A DNA stretch of 23,376 nt from Candidatus Zixiibacteriota bacterium (lineage in GTDB: Bacteria; Zixibacteria; MSB-5A5; UBA10806; 4484-95): assembly GCA_029932605.1 (NCBI GenBank), contig JAOZPT010000041.1, forward strand, positions 1 through 23,376, in the 5' to 3' direction. Below, in pieces: positions 8,865-17,185 of this stretch; position 1 is the first letter of the stretch, and every line of letters starts with the position of its first letter. The notes below the pieces were generated by a model. It did not search any database, was not told the origin of the DNA, and worked only from the letters and a program-made list of their open reading frames with translations. A program made the position numbers and the translations under genes.

Positions 8865-9962
8865 ATGGCAATTTATGTTGATAAAAAAACCAGAGTGATC
8901 GTACAGGGCATTACTGGCCGTGATGGTTCGTTTCACAGCCGGCAGATGTTGGATTATGGGACAAATATTGTTGCTGGAGTCACACCAGGAAAAGGGGGTT
9001 CAGAGATATATGGAGTGCCGGTTTTTGATAGTATGGCTGAGGCTGTTGAAAAGACAAAAGCTAATACATCGATAATTTTTGTGCCTCCCATGTTTGCGGT
9101 TGATGCTATCTTCGAGGCGGCTCGCTCGGGGATATCACTTATTGTTTGCATAAGTGAAGGTATTCCTGCTATTGATATGGTTAAGGTGTATAATTATCTG
9201 AAGGAAAAAGGGGTAAGATTAATTGGACCTAATTGTCCGGGAATTATTTCACCGGGGATGTCGAAGGTTGGAATATTACCCGCCCAGATTTTTGCTAAAG
9301 GCCCAATCGGTGTTGTTTCACGTTCCGGTACTTTGACCTATGAAATCGTGCATAATCTAACGATTAAAGGGCTTGGGCAGTCAACATGTATCGGTATCGG
9401 TGGCGATCCTATTATCGGAACAAATTTTATTGATTGTCTGGAAGCTTTTGAAAACGACCCCGCAACCAAGGGGATAGTCCTGATAGGTGAGATAGGTGGT
9501 TCTGATGAAGAGATGGCGGCTGAATATATTAAAAGGAACGTAACGAAACCTGTAGTAGGCTTTATCGCCGGGCAGACTGCTCCGCCGGGTAAAAGGATGG
9601 GACATGCTGGAGCTATTATATCCGGAGCCTCAGGATTAGCCGAGGATAAGATCAGAGCTTTCAACGAGGTTGGAATACCGGTTGCCGAGATACCCTCGCA
9701 GATTTCTGATTTAATGGCTGAGAAGCTTGCTGAATATCAAAAGAAGTTGGCCAGGAAGAAAGCGATAGTAAAATCGAAAAAGAAAACTAAAAAAACGGCT
9801 AAAAAGAAAACAGCTAAGAAGGTGGTTAAAAAAAAGGCAAAAAAAGCCATTAAAAGAGTTACTAGAAAAACTGCAAAGAAAAAAACTGTTTCTAGAAAAT
9901 TGGTCAGGAAAAGAGCTGAGAGGAAAACTACAGCACTAAGAAAGTCGGGTAGAAGAAAATAG
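8865..9962 (+). CDS. sucD: Succinyl-CoA synthetase alpha subunit with a ~73-aa Lys/Arg-rich C-terminal extension
   Basis: Motifs [35 protein letters not shown] and the phospho-His motif RMGHAGA. The basic tail spans 9741-9959. Confidence 0.96.
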   Translation: MAIYVDKKTRVIVQGITGRDGSFHSRQMLDYGTNIVAGVTPGKGGSEIYGVPVFDSMAEAVEKTKANTSIIFVPPMFAVDAIFEAARSGISLIVCISEGIPAIDMVKVYNYLKEKGVRLIGPNCPGIISPGMSKVGILPAQIFAKGPIGVVSRSGTLTYEIVHNLTIKGLGQSTCIGIGGDPIIGTNFIDCLEAFENDPATKGIVLIGEIGGSDEEMAAEYIKRNVTKPVVGFIAGQTAPPGKRMGHAGAIISGASGLAEDKIRAFNEVGIPVAEIPSQISDLMAEKLAEYQKKLARKKAIVKSKKKTKKTAKKKTAKKVVKKKAKKAIKRVTRKTAKKKTVSRKLVRKRAERKTTALRKSGRRK

Positions 9963-9964
9963 AT

Positions 9965-10189
9965 ATGGCAGAGAAGGTGACTAAGCGTTACAAACCAAGG
10001 CCTGATCCAGTTGTCATATATAAAAAATGGTGTAAAGCTTGCGGAATATGTGTTGAGCTCTGTCCTAAGAAGGTTTTTGATACTGACAGGGATGGTTATC
10101 CGGTTGTTGCCCGGGGTTTGGATTGTACCCAGTGTTCGATTTGCTGGATTCACTGCCCGGATTTTGCCATAACATCCAAGGAGATATGA
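9965..10189 (+). CDS. korD: 2-oxoacid:ferredoxin oxidoreductase delta subunit (2x[4Fe-4S])
   Basis: CKACGICVELCP and CTQCSICWIHCP motifs; directly precedes the alpha subunit. Confidence 0.88.
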   Translation: MAEKVTKRYKPRPDPVVIYKKWCKACGICVELCPKKVFDTDRDGYPVVARGLDCTQCSICWIHCPDFAITSKEI

Positions 10190-10196
10190 ATAGAAA

Positions 10197-11339
10197 ATGA
10201 CAGACGTGAGCGTTCCGAAACTTATCCAGGGAAATCAGGCATGTTCTTATGGGGCGATAGCGGCAGGTTGCCGGTTTTTCGCCGGTTATCCTATAACACC
10301 CTCCACTGAAATTGCCGAGACAATGGCTTTAGAACTTCCTAAATATGGCGGAAAATTCATTCAGATGGAGGATGAGATAGCCTCAATTTCAGCAATAATC
10401 GGGGCGTCTATTGCCGGCTCCAAGGCGATGACTGCAACCTCGGGCCCCGGTTTTTCCCTTATGCAGGAAAACCTTGGCTATGCGTATATGGCCGAGGTGC
10501 CATGTGTCGTTATAAATGTTATGCGAGGAGGTCCCTCTACCGGTTTGCCCACCAAGGTATCTCAGGCGGATGTGATGCAGGCTAATTGGGGGGCTCATGG
10601 TGATTATTATCCCATCGTTCTTAGTCCATCATCGGTCAGCGAGTGTTTTGATATAACAGTTCGTGCATTTAACCTTTCGGAAAGATATCGTTGTCCGGTG
10701 ATAATTCTTTCAGATGAAGTTATAGGCCATATGAGAGAGATGGTTAGCCTGCCGGATTTTTCCAGTGTGGAGATGATTGAGCGTCAGCGACCGAATGTTC
10801 CACCGGAATGGTATAAGCATTTTCTTATCACCCATGATTTCACCTCGCCTATGGCGAGTTTCGGCGAGGGTTACCGTTTTCATTTAACCGGTCTTACCCA
10901 CGATGAGTTTGGTTTACCGACCTCAGATAATATCGAGATTGCGAAAAAACTTGGTAAACTTAAGCTGAAGATTGAAAGACACTTAAGTGATATAAGCCAG
11001 GTTAATACCTATAAAATTGAAGATGCCCATATTGTAATTTTAGCATACGGTTCGGTTGCCAGAGCGGCTCGCCAGGCGGTTTTGCTTTCACGCAAAAAAC
11101 GGTTTAAGGCGGGCCTGTTTCAACCAATTACTCTATGGCCATTTCCCGACAGGCAATTACGACAGATATCAAGGAAGGCCGATCTGATAGTGGTAGCAGA
11201 GTTAAACCAGGGGCAGATCATAAATGAGGTTAGAAGGGTATGTAAATCACATTCTAAGGTTGTTGGCTTGAACAGATACGATGGTGAATTGATAACTCCC
11301 GAACAAATTCTTGAAAAGATAAAAGAGGAGCACAGGTAA
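10197..11339 (+). CDS. korA: 2-oxoglutarate (2-oxoacid):ferredoxin oxidoreductase alpha subunit
   Basis: Motifs FAGYPITPSTE, QMEDE, TATSGPGFSLMQE and RGGPSTGLPT. The 2-oxoglutarate substrate is inferred from the sucCD/icd context. Confidence 0.9.
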   Translation: MTDVSVPKLIQGNQACSYGAIAAGCRFFAGYPITPSTEIAETMALELPKYGGKFIQMEDEIASISAIIGASIAGSKAMTATSGPGFSLMQENLGYAYMAEVPCVVINVMRGGPSTGLPTKVSQADVMQANWGAHGDYYPIVLSPSSVSECFDITVRAFNLSERYRCPVIILSDEVIGHMREMVSLPDFSSVEMIERQRPNVPPEWYKHFLITHDFTSPMASFGEGYRFHLTGLTHDEFGLPTSDNIEIAKKLGKLKLKIERHLSDISQVNTYKIEDAHIVILAYGSVARAARQAVLLSRKKRFKAGLFQPITLWPFPDRQLRQISRKADLIVVAELNQGQIINEVRRVCKSHSKVVGLNRYDGELITPEQILEKIKEEHR

Positions 11340-12190
11340 TGCAGAAATCAGATGTAACGCATCAGTACCTCAGGCATACCATGGAATTTCCCAATGTCTG
11401 GTGTCCCGGTTGTGGTATCGGTATAGTGCTGGGTGCTTTCATACGGGCGGTCGATCGTCTGCATATTTCAAAAGATGATCTGGCTTTGGTTTCGGGGATA
11501 GGTTGTACAGCCAGGATACCGGCTTACGTCGATTTCAATACTCTTCATACAACTCATGGCAGACCCATCGCATTTGCTACCGGTGTTAAGTTAGCCAATC
11601 CTAAGTTAAAGGTTGTGGTGATTTCAGGTGACGGTGATATTCTGGCTATCGGAGGTAACCATTTTATCCATGCTTGCCGACGCAACATCGACATAACAGT
11701 GGTTGTGGTAAATAATTACATATATGGCATGACTGGTGGGCAGTATTCACCAACGACTCCGATGGGTAAAAGAGCATCGACAGCGCCATATCTAACAGTT
11801 GAACCACCTTTTGATACCTGCAATTTGGCAATCAGTTCAGGGGCAACGTTTGTTGCCAGAAGCACTGTTTATCATGCCACGCAGCTTTCAAGTTTGATTG
11901 AGAAGGCGCTTGTCAAGAAGGGTTTTTCGGTTGTTGAGGCTATGTCTAATTGCCATACCCAGTATGGTAGACTTAACCGCGAGGGAACAGCGGTGCGGAT
12001 GATTCAAGCCTTTAAAAATGTGGCGGTACCTGTGTCAACCGCCGCTAAGCTCTCACCCGAAAAGTTAGAGGGGAAGATAGTAATAGGCGTTTTGCACGAC
12101 ATAGAAAGACCTGAATATATTGAGCATTACCAGAAAATTATAGACAGGTTACAATTACCCAAGATGGCAGATAAAGAGGAAAAAGAATAG
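11339..12190 (+). CDS. korB: 2-oxoglutarate (2-oxoacid):ferredoxin oxidoreductase beta subunit (TPP-binding)
   Basis: Motifs WCPGCG, SGIGC, HTTHGR, GDGD...NN and YGMTGGQYSPT. TAATG stop/start overlap with korA. Confidence 0.9.
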   Translation: MQKSDVTHQYLRHTMEFPNVWCPGCGIGIVLGAFIRAVDRLHISKDDLALVSGIGCTARIPAYVDFNTLHTTHGRPIAFATGVKLANPKLKVVVISGDGDILAIGGNHFIHACRRNIDITVVVVNNYIYGMTGGQYSPTTPMGKRASTAPYLTVEPPFDTCNLAISSGATFVARSTVYHATQLSSLIEKALVKKGFSVVEAMSNCHTQYGRLNREGTAVRMIQAFKNVAVPVSTAAKLSPEKLEGKIVIGVLHDIERPEYIEHYQKIIDRLQLPKMADKEEKE

Positions 12191-12261
12191 GTGATATACG
12201 ATCTGATATTAGTAGAGATTTATTTTTTGAATGATATTCGTAGTTCCATTATGGTGATAGA

Positions 12262-12834
12262 ATGAAGAAGAAGAAGACTGAAGGCAGATATGAGATAAGG
12301 CTTTCCGGTTCGGGGGGTCAGGGTTTGGTTCTTGCGGGTGTTATGCTGGCGGAGGCTGTGGGTGTCTATGAGGGCAAGAACGTTACCCAGACACAAAGCT
12401 ACGGTCCTGAAGCGCGTGGTGGTACATCGCGGTCGGACCTGGTTATTTCGGATAGTGAAATATATTACCCGAAACCATCAAGCCTGGATCTGTTGTTATC
12501 GTTGACCCAGGACGCTTGCAATAGGTATTATCCTCATCTTAAGGATGATGGGATATTGATTGTAGATTCGGATATCGTAAGGCAGATTCCTCCGGTTAGT
12601 AACGTTTATGCATTTCCATTTACTCATACTGCCAAGGAGAAAATAGGAACCACACTGGTTGCCAATGTCATGTCTGCCGCCTCGATTGTCATCATTTCAG
12701 GAATTTGCAAGACTGATTCGTTTTTAAAGGCGGTTTTAAGCCGTGCCCCTCGAGGTACCGAGTCGAAGAATGAAACAGCGTGCAAAATCGGTTTTGAGAT
12801 GAGCAGAAAAGCGTTAAAAAAAGCAAAGGGATAG
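12262..12834 (+). CDS. korC: 2-oxoacid:ferredoxin oxidoreductase gamma subunit
   Basis: Motifs IRLSGSGGQG and QSYGPEARGG. Confidence 0.9.
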   Translation: MKKKKTEGRYEIRLSGSGGQGLVLAGVMLAEAVGVYEGKNVTQTQSYGPEARGGTSRSDLVISDSEIYYPKPSSLDLLLSLTQDACNRYYPHLKDDGILIVDSDIVRQIPPVSNVYAFPFTHTAKEKIGTTLVANVMSAASIVIISGICKTDSFLKAVLSRAPRGTESKNETACKIGFEMSRKALKKAKG

Positions 12835-13236
12835 ATGGGACGAACGCTTATAATCATCAAGCCTGATGCTGTCGAACGAGACCTGATAGGCGAGATTATA
12901 TCCCGCTTTGAGAAGGCTCGTTTTATAGTTGCTGCATTGAAGATGGTCAAGTTAGATTACGACAGCGCTCGGCGTTTCTATGCAGTCCATGAAGGTAAAC
13001 CGTTTTTGGATGAGCTATGCAAGTATATGTCATCCGGACCGGTGATAACGATGGTTGTTAAATCTGACGGTGACACAGTGGAAAAAGCGAGGCAACTTAT
13101 CGGGGTAACAGATCCCGGTAAAGCTGCTGCTGGCACCATAAGGCATGATTTGGGTGTAAGTCTTACCAAAAATTCAGTTCATGCCTCCGATTCGCCGCAG
13201 AACGCTGAACAGGAAATAAATTTTTTCTTTAGTTGA
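12835..13236 (+). CDS. ndk: Nucleoside diphosphate kinase
   Basis: Motifs RTLIIIKPDAV, FYAVHEGKPF, GTIR and NSVHASDS (phospho-His). Confidence 0.96.
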   Translation: MGRTLIIIKPDAVERDLIGEIISRFEKARFIVAALKMVKLDYDSARRFYAVHEGKPFLDELCKYMSSGPVITMVVKSDGDTVEKARQLIGVTDPGKAAAGTIRHDLGVSLTKNSVHASDSPQNAEQEINFFFS

Positions 13237-14477
13237 TGGAGATTCGACTACCGTTTGGAGGGAAAGACAGGCAAGTAGATATCGATAGCCTTCCCGGAGC
13301 TTTAAGGGTTGGAGGAATATTTCGTTGTCAATTCCCCTCGCCTTTAAGTCAAAAAAGTATGGAAGATAAAATATGGGAAGGTCTTAACCATTACAAAAAG
13401 CTCTTTGACAATAAAAAAATTTTAACTGTTGTTAACGATGGTTACCGCCGGACTCCGACAGATCTGCTATTGCCGATGATCTGGGATTACGTGGAGGGTG
13501 GAGAATTTATCGTCGCCACGGGTACACACAGAAACCCATCGGGGGATGAGTTAAGGAAGATATTTGGCCCATTGCTCGATGAAGTTGAACCGAAATTGCA
13601 TATTCATAACTGTTATGATGAGACATCTTTGGTAGATATTGGCAAAACCCGATTGGGCACTCCGGTTAGATTAAACAGGGAAGTTATTGAAGCTGATGTG
13701 ATTATTGCTATTAACTCGGTTGAACCACATTTTCTTGCCGGTTTTTCTGGTGGCCGCAAATCTATTGTACCGGGACTTGCCTCATTTGATACAGTGCAGG
13801 CCAATCATCAGTTTGCCAAAGATATAAATTCCTCGTCGTTATATTTGGAAAATAATCCTCTTCATCTCGACCTTGAGGATGCAATGAGTTTTCTTGGCGA
13901 TAAAACAATTCTTGGAATTCAGTGCGTAACCGACCGGGCTGGCAGGATAATAGGCTTATTTGTGGGAACTTTAAATGAGGCATTTTTAAAAGCCTGTGAC
14001 TGTGCCAAGAAGTTTTATGTAGTTGAAGTTCCCAGGAAATTTGATATTGTCATTGCAAACTGTGAACCACCTCTTGATGTTAACCTTTACCAACTTCAGA
14101 AAGCACAGGAACATGGTAGCAGGATGGTAAAGGATGGCGGGGTGTTAATCGTTATGGGTGCCTGCAAAGAAGGTGTTGGTTCGGAGTATTTTATGAAACT
14201 GGTGGAATTTTATCCCACCCCAAAGGAGGTGTTGGAAAAGGGTATAAACGACAATTCGTTCGGGATACACAAGTTAATTAAGACCGCCCGTCAGCTGAAG
14301 TGTTTTAAAATTTACTATGTAACAATGCTCGAAGGATATTTGGTTAGAAAAGTATATTTTAAGTCTTTTAATGATGTCAATGATGCATTAAAATCAGCTT
14401 TGAGTGAAATCGGCGATAACGTTGAATTAGCTTTTTTAGAAGATGCTGGTTATACAGTACCCGAAGTAAAACATTAA
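13236..14477 (+). CDS. larA: LarA-family nickel-pincer-nucleotide-dependent 2-hydroxyacid racemase/epimerase
   Basis: Motifs NDGYRRTP, ATGTHR, EPHFLAGFSGGRKS, ANH and NLYQLQKA. The ATG at 13236 overlaps the ndk stop (TGATG). Substrate uncertain. Confidence 0.88.
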   Translation: MEIRLPFGGKDRQVDIDSLPGALRVGGIFRCQFPSPLSQKSMEDKIWEGLNHYKKLFDNKKILTVVNDGYRRTPTDLLLPMIWDYVEGGEFIVATGTHRNPSGDELRKIFGPLLDEVEPKLHIHNCYDETSLVDIGKTRLGTPVRLNREVIEADVIIAINSVEPHFLAGFSGGRKSIVPGLASFDTVQANHQFAKDINSSSLYLENNPLHLDLEDAMSFLGDKTILGIQCVTDRAGRIIGLFVGTLNEAFLKACDCAKKFYVVEVPRKFDIVIANCEPPLDVNLYQLQKAQEHGSRMVKDGGVLIVMGACKEGVGSEYFMKLVEFYPTPKEVLEKGINDNSFGIHKLIKTARQLKCFKIYYVTMLEGYLVRKVYFKSFNDVNDALKSALSEIGDNVELAFLEDAGYTVPEVKH

Positions 14478-14492
14478 AAAAAGGAGTTAAAA

Positions 14493-15419
14493 TTGAGAAA
14501 GAAAGTAACAGTTATAGGTGCAGGGCATGTTGGTGAATGTACAGCCATGTATTTAGCCCAGAAAAATATCTGTGATATTGTTGTTATCGACATTATCGAG
14601 GATATGCCGATGGGGAAGACTTTGGATTTATCCCAGGCCGGACCGGTTGTTGGTTATGATGTTAAGCTTGAAGGGTCTAACGATTTTGAGGCGATGAGTG
14701 GTTCGGATATAGTTGTAATGACAGCTGGTTTTCCCAGAAAGCCTGGTATGAGTCGTGAGGACCTCATTAATAAAAACGCTGAAATAGTTGGTCCAGTATC
14801 GGAGAAAGTTAAAAAATACGCTCCAGATGCTATGCTGATTATGGTGACCAATCCCCTGGATATAATGACATACCATGCTTGGAAAATCACTGGTTTTCCG
14901 ACTGAAAGAGTGTTCGGTCAGGCTGGGATACTGGATTCCATACGGTTCAGAACCTTTGTGGCCTGGGAACTAGGTGTTTCTTTGTGTGATGTTCAGGCTA
15001 TGGTGCTGGGTGGTCATGGCGACACGATGGTACCACTCCCTGCCTATACTACCGTATCAGGTATTCCGATAACCGAACTTATTACCGAAGACAAGATTAA
15101 AGCGATATCTGATAGGACTCGCAATGGTGGTGGTGAGATCGTGAAATTGTTAAAGACAGGTTCGGCTTATTATGCACCGGCCGCAGCAGTTGTAGAAATG
15201 GTTGACGCAGTATTAAACGATCGTAAAAGGGTGTTTCCTGTCTCTGCCTTTGTGGATGGTTCTTATGGTATTAAAGGTATTTATATAGGAGTTCCTGTAA
15301 TTTTGGGTTCCGGCGGCGTAGAAAAAATATTTGAGTTAAAACTTAATCCTGATGACATGGCCTCTTTGCAAAATTCGGCAAAAACTTACAAAGAATGGTT
15401 AGGAGTGCTGGGTTATTAG
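14493..15419 (+). CDS. mdh: Malate dehydrogenase (LDH-like fold)
   Basis: GAGHVG; AGFPRKPGMSR with Arg at the specificity position (LDH has Gln); VTNPLD; LGGHGD. TTG start preceded by AAGGAG. Confidence 0.93.
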   Translation: MRKKVTVIGAGHVGECTAMYLAQKNICDIVVIDIIEDMPMGKTLDLSQAGPVVGYDVKLEGSNDFEAMSGSDIVVMTAGFPRKPGMSREDLINKNAEIVGPVSEKVKKYAPDAMLIMVTNPLDIMTYHAWKITGFPTERVFGQAGILDSIRFRTFVAWELGVSLCDVQAMVLGGHGDTMVPLPAYTTVSGIPITELITEDKIKAISDRTRNGGGEIVKLLKTGSAYYAPAAAVVEMVDAVLNDRKRVFPVSAFVDGSYGIKGIYIGVPVILGSGGVEKIFELKLNPDDMASLQNSAKTYKEWLGVLGY

Positions 15420-15472
15420 AACTGATATTTTGTAAAGATGTAACAGTTAAAGTTTTTGACAGTGGAGGTCCT

Positions 15473-17182
15473 ATGGGGAAAACCATAGCTGAAAAAATAT
15501 TTTGTGAGCATGTGGGTAGGGATGTGAAGGCTGGAGAGATAGTGGTTGCTGATATCGACGTCAGCCTTGTTCAAGATGGCACGGGACCTCTGGCTGTTCG
15601 CCAGCTTGAGAAACTCGAATTGGAGAAGCTGGCAAAGCCGGAGCGAACAGTGCTTTTCCTTGACCATTCTGCTCCGGCATCACGTAAGGAATTGGCAAAC
15701 GACCATGATACCTTACGCAATTTCGCAAAAAAAACCGGAGCCCGGCTTTCGGAAGTTGGAATGGGGATTTGTCATACCGTAATCAACGAAATCTATGTCA
15801 ATCCCGGTGATATTTTAATCGGAGCTGATAGCCATACATGCACAGGCGGAGCTTTATGCGCTTTCTCAACTGGTATGGGTTCAACAGATGTGGCCATTGG
15901 AATGGCGTTGGGTAAGACCTGGTTTCGAGTACCTGAAACTTTCAAGGTTTTTGTGACCGGTGAATTTCCTGTTGGCGTATTTGCCAAGGACCTTATTTTG
16001 CATTTAATCGGTCTTATTGGCGCTGATGGAGCAACTTATAAGGCTTTGGAGTTCTGTGGCCCTGCAATTGAGAATATGAGCATGGAATCACGTTTCACTA
16101 TTTCGAATATGGCGGTGGAGGCAGGTGCAAAAGCCGGATTGATTGCATCGGATGAAACGACAAAAAAATATTTGGAGAAAATGGGACGTGGCTCTAAATG
16201 GCGTCCTATCGCGGCGGATGATGATGCTGAATATGAACGGGTTATCGAGATCGATGTTTCATATCTTAAACCGATGGTTTCGTTTCCACATACGGTAGAT
16301 AATACTCGAACAATCGAAGAGGCTGCTGGTGTTGTGATAAATCAGGTTTTTTTAGGGACCTGCACAAATTCCCGTCTTGAGGACTGGGATGTCGTTAGCC
16401 GGATAGTGAAAGGTAAAAGGAAGGCACCGGGTATTCGGTTTATTGCGGTTCCTGGTTCAAAATATGTCGAAAAACAGGTGATGGATGCGGGCTATTATCA
16501 GATACTTGCTGAGTTTGGGGCGATGTTTTTGCCTCCTGGATGTGGTCCCTGTGTAGGCGTCCATGGTGGGGTACCGGCTGATGGAGAAAAATCGCTTACA
16601 ACAATGAACCGCAATTTCCGTGGCCGAATGGGAAATCCCAAAGGTGAAATCTATTTGGCATCACCTGCGACTGTTGCCGCCACCGCTATCGAAGGGGTTA
16701 TTGCAGATCCCCGTAAGTATGCTCGAGAGTTAACATCTAAATCATTTCCGACAATTGTAAACACTGAGGCTTTGAAGAGGGCTACTGTAATGGCTATGGA
16801 ATCGATTGAAAAAGTAGCCACTGAAACTGCCAGGAAGCTTGGCCCACGAGTTAAAGAGACCTCTGAAATTGTTGAAAAAAAGACCAGAGGAGTAATCAGA
16901 AAATATGAGCCTAAGGCCCAAAAAGCGGCAGTGGATCTTGAGAAAACGATTAGGACATTAGCAAAGGATGCCTCCAAGGCTATCAAGGAGGTCTTAACCG
17001 GTAAACCTGCTGTAAAAACTTCTCGAACCGTGAAGAAAAAAGTTGGAAAGAAATCTAAGACTGGAGTAGTTACTAAGAAGACTGTGAAGAAAAAAGCCAC
17101 TAAGAAGGTTTCAAAAAAAGGCGTCAAAAAAACAGCAAGGGGAAAAACTGTTAAAACCGTTTCTAAAAAGAGGAGGAGATAA
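15473..17182 (+). CDS. LeuC/HacA-family [4Fe-4S] hydro-lyase large subunit (candidate aconitase) with a 153-aa C-terminal extension
   Basis: Motifs MGKTIAEKIF, QDGTGP, LDH, GADSHT, GTCTN, PGCGPC, NRNFRGRMG and ASPA...DPR. GGAGG at 15464-15468 supports a start at 15473 rather than 15395. Confidence 0.9.
   Translation: MGKTIAEKIFCEHVGRDVKAGEIVVADIDVSLVQDGTGPLAVRQLEKLELEKLAKPERTVLFLDHSAPASRKELANDHDTLRNFAKKTGARLSEVGMGICHTVINEIYVNPGDILIGADSHTCTGGALCAFSTGMGSTDVAIGMALGKTWFRVPETFKVFVTGEFPVGVFAKDLILHLIGLIGADGATYKALEFCGPAIENMSMESRFTISNMAVEAGAKAGLIASDETTKKYLEKMGRGSKWRPIAADDDAEYERVIEIDVSYLKPMVSFPHTVDNTRTIEEAAGVVINQVFLGTCTNSRLEDWDVVSRIVKGKRKAPGIRFIAVPGSKYVEKQVMDAGYYQILAEFGAMFLPPGCGPCVGVHGGVPADGEKSLTTMNRNFRGRMGNPKGEIYLASPATVAATAIEGVIADPRKYARELTSKSFPTIVNTEALKRATVMAMESIEKVATETARKLGPRVKETSEIVEKKTRGVIRKYEPKAQKAAVDLEKTIRTLAKDASKAIKEVLTGKPAVKTSRTVKKKVGKKSKTGVVTKKTVKKKATKKVSKKGVKKTARGKTVKTVSKKRRR
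16802..16999 (+). repeat. Three degenerate 22-aa helical repeats in the LeuC-like extension
   Basis: SIEKVATETARKLGPRVKETSE / IVEKKTRGVIRKYEPKAQKAAV / DLEKTIRTLAKDASKAIKEVLT. The hydrophobic-E-K is in register in all three, and RKxxP is in register in the first two. Confidence 0.65.
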
Positions 17183-17185
17183 GCC

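Noticed and set aside
9737..10153. 138-aa minus-strand hydrophobic ORF
   Set aside because: It is the mirror of the SucD Lys-rich tail and korD, with no independent evidence.
14493..15419. Lactate dehydrogenase partnering a lactate racemase
   Set aside because: The specificity residue is Arg (PRKPGMSR), which is diagnostic of malate dehydrogenase.
15395..15472. 26-aa N-terminal extension of the LeuC-like ORF
   Set aside because: It overlaps mdh. The RBS and the family-typical MGKTIAEKI start point to 15473.
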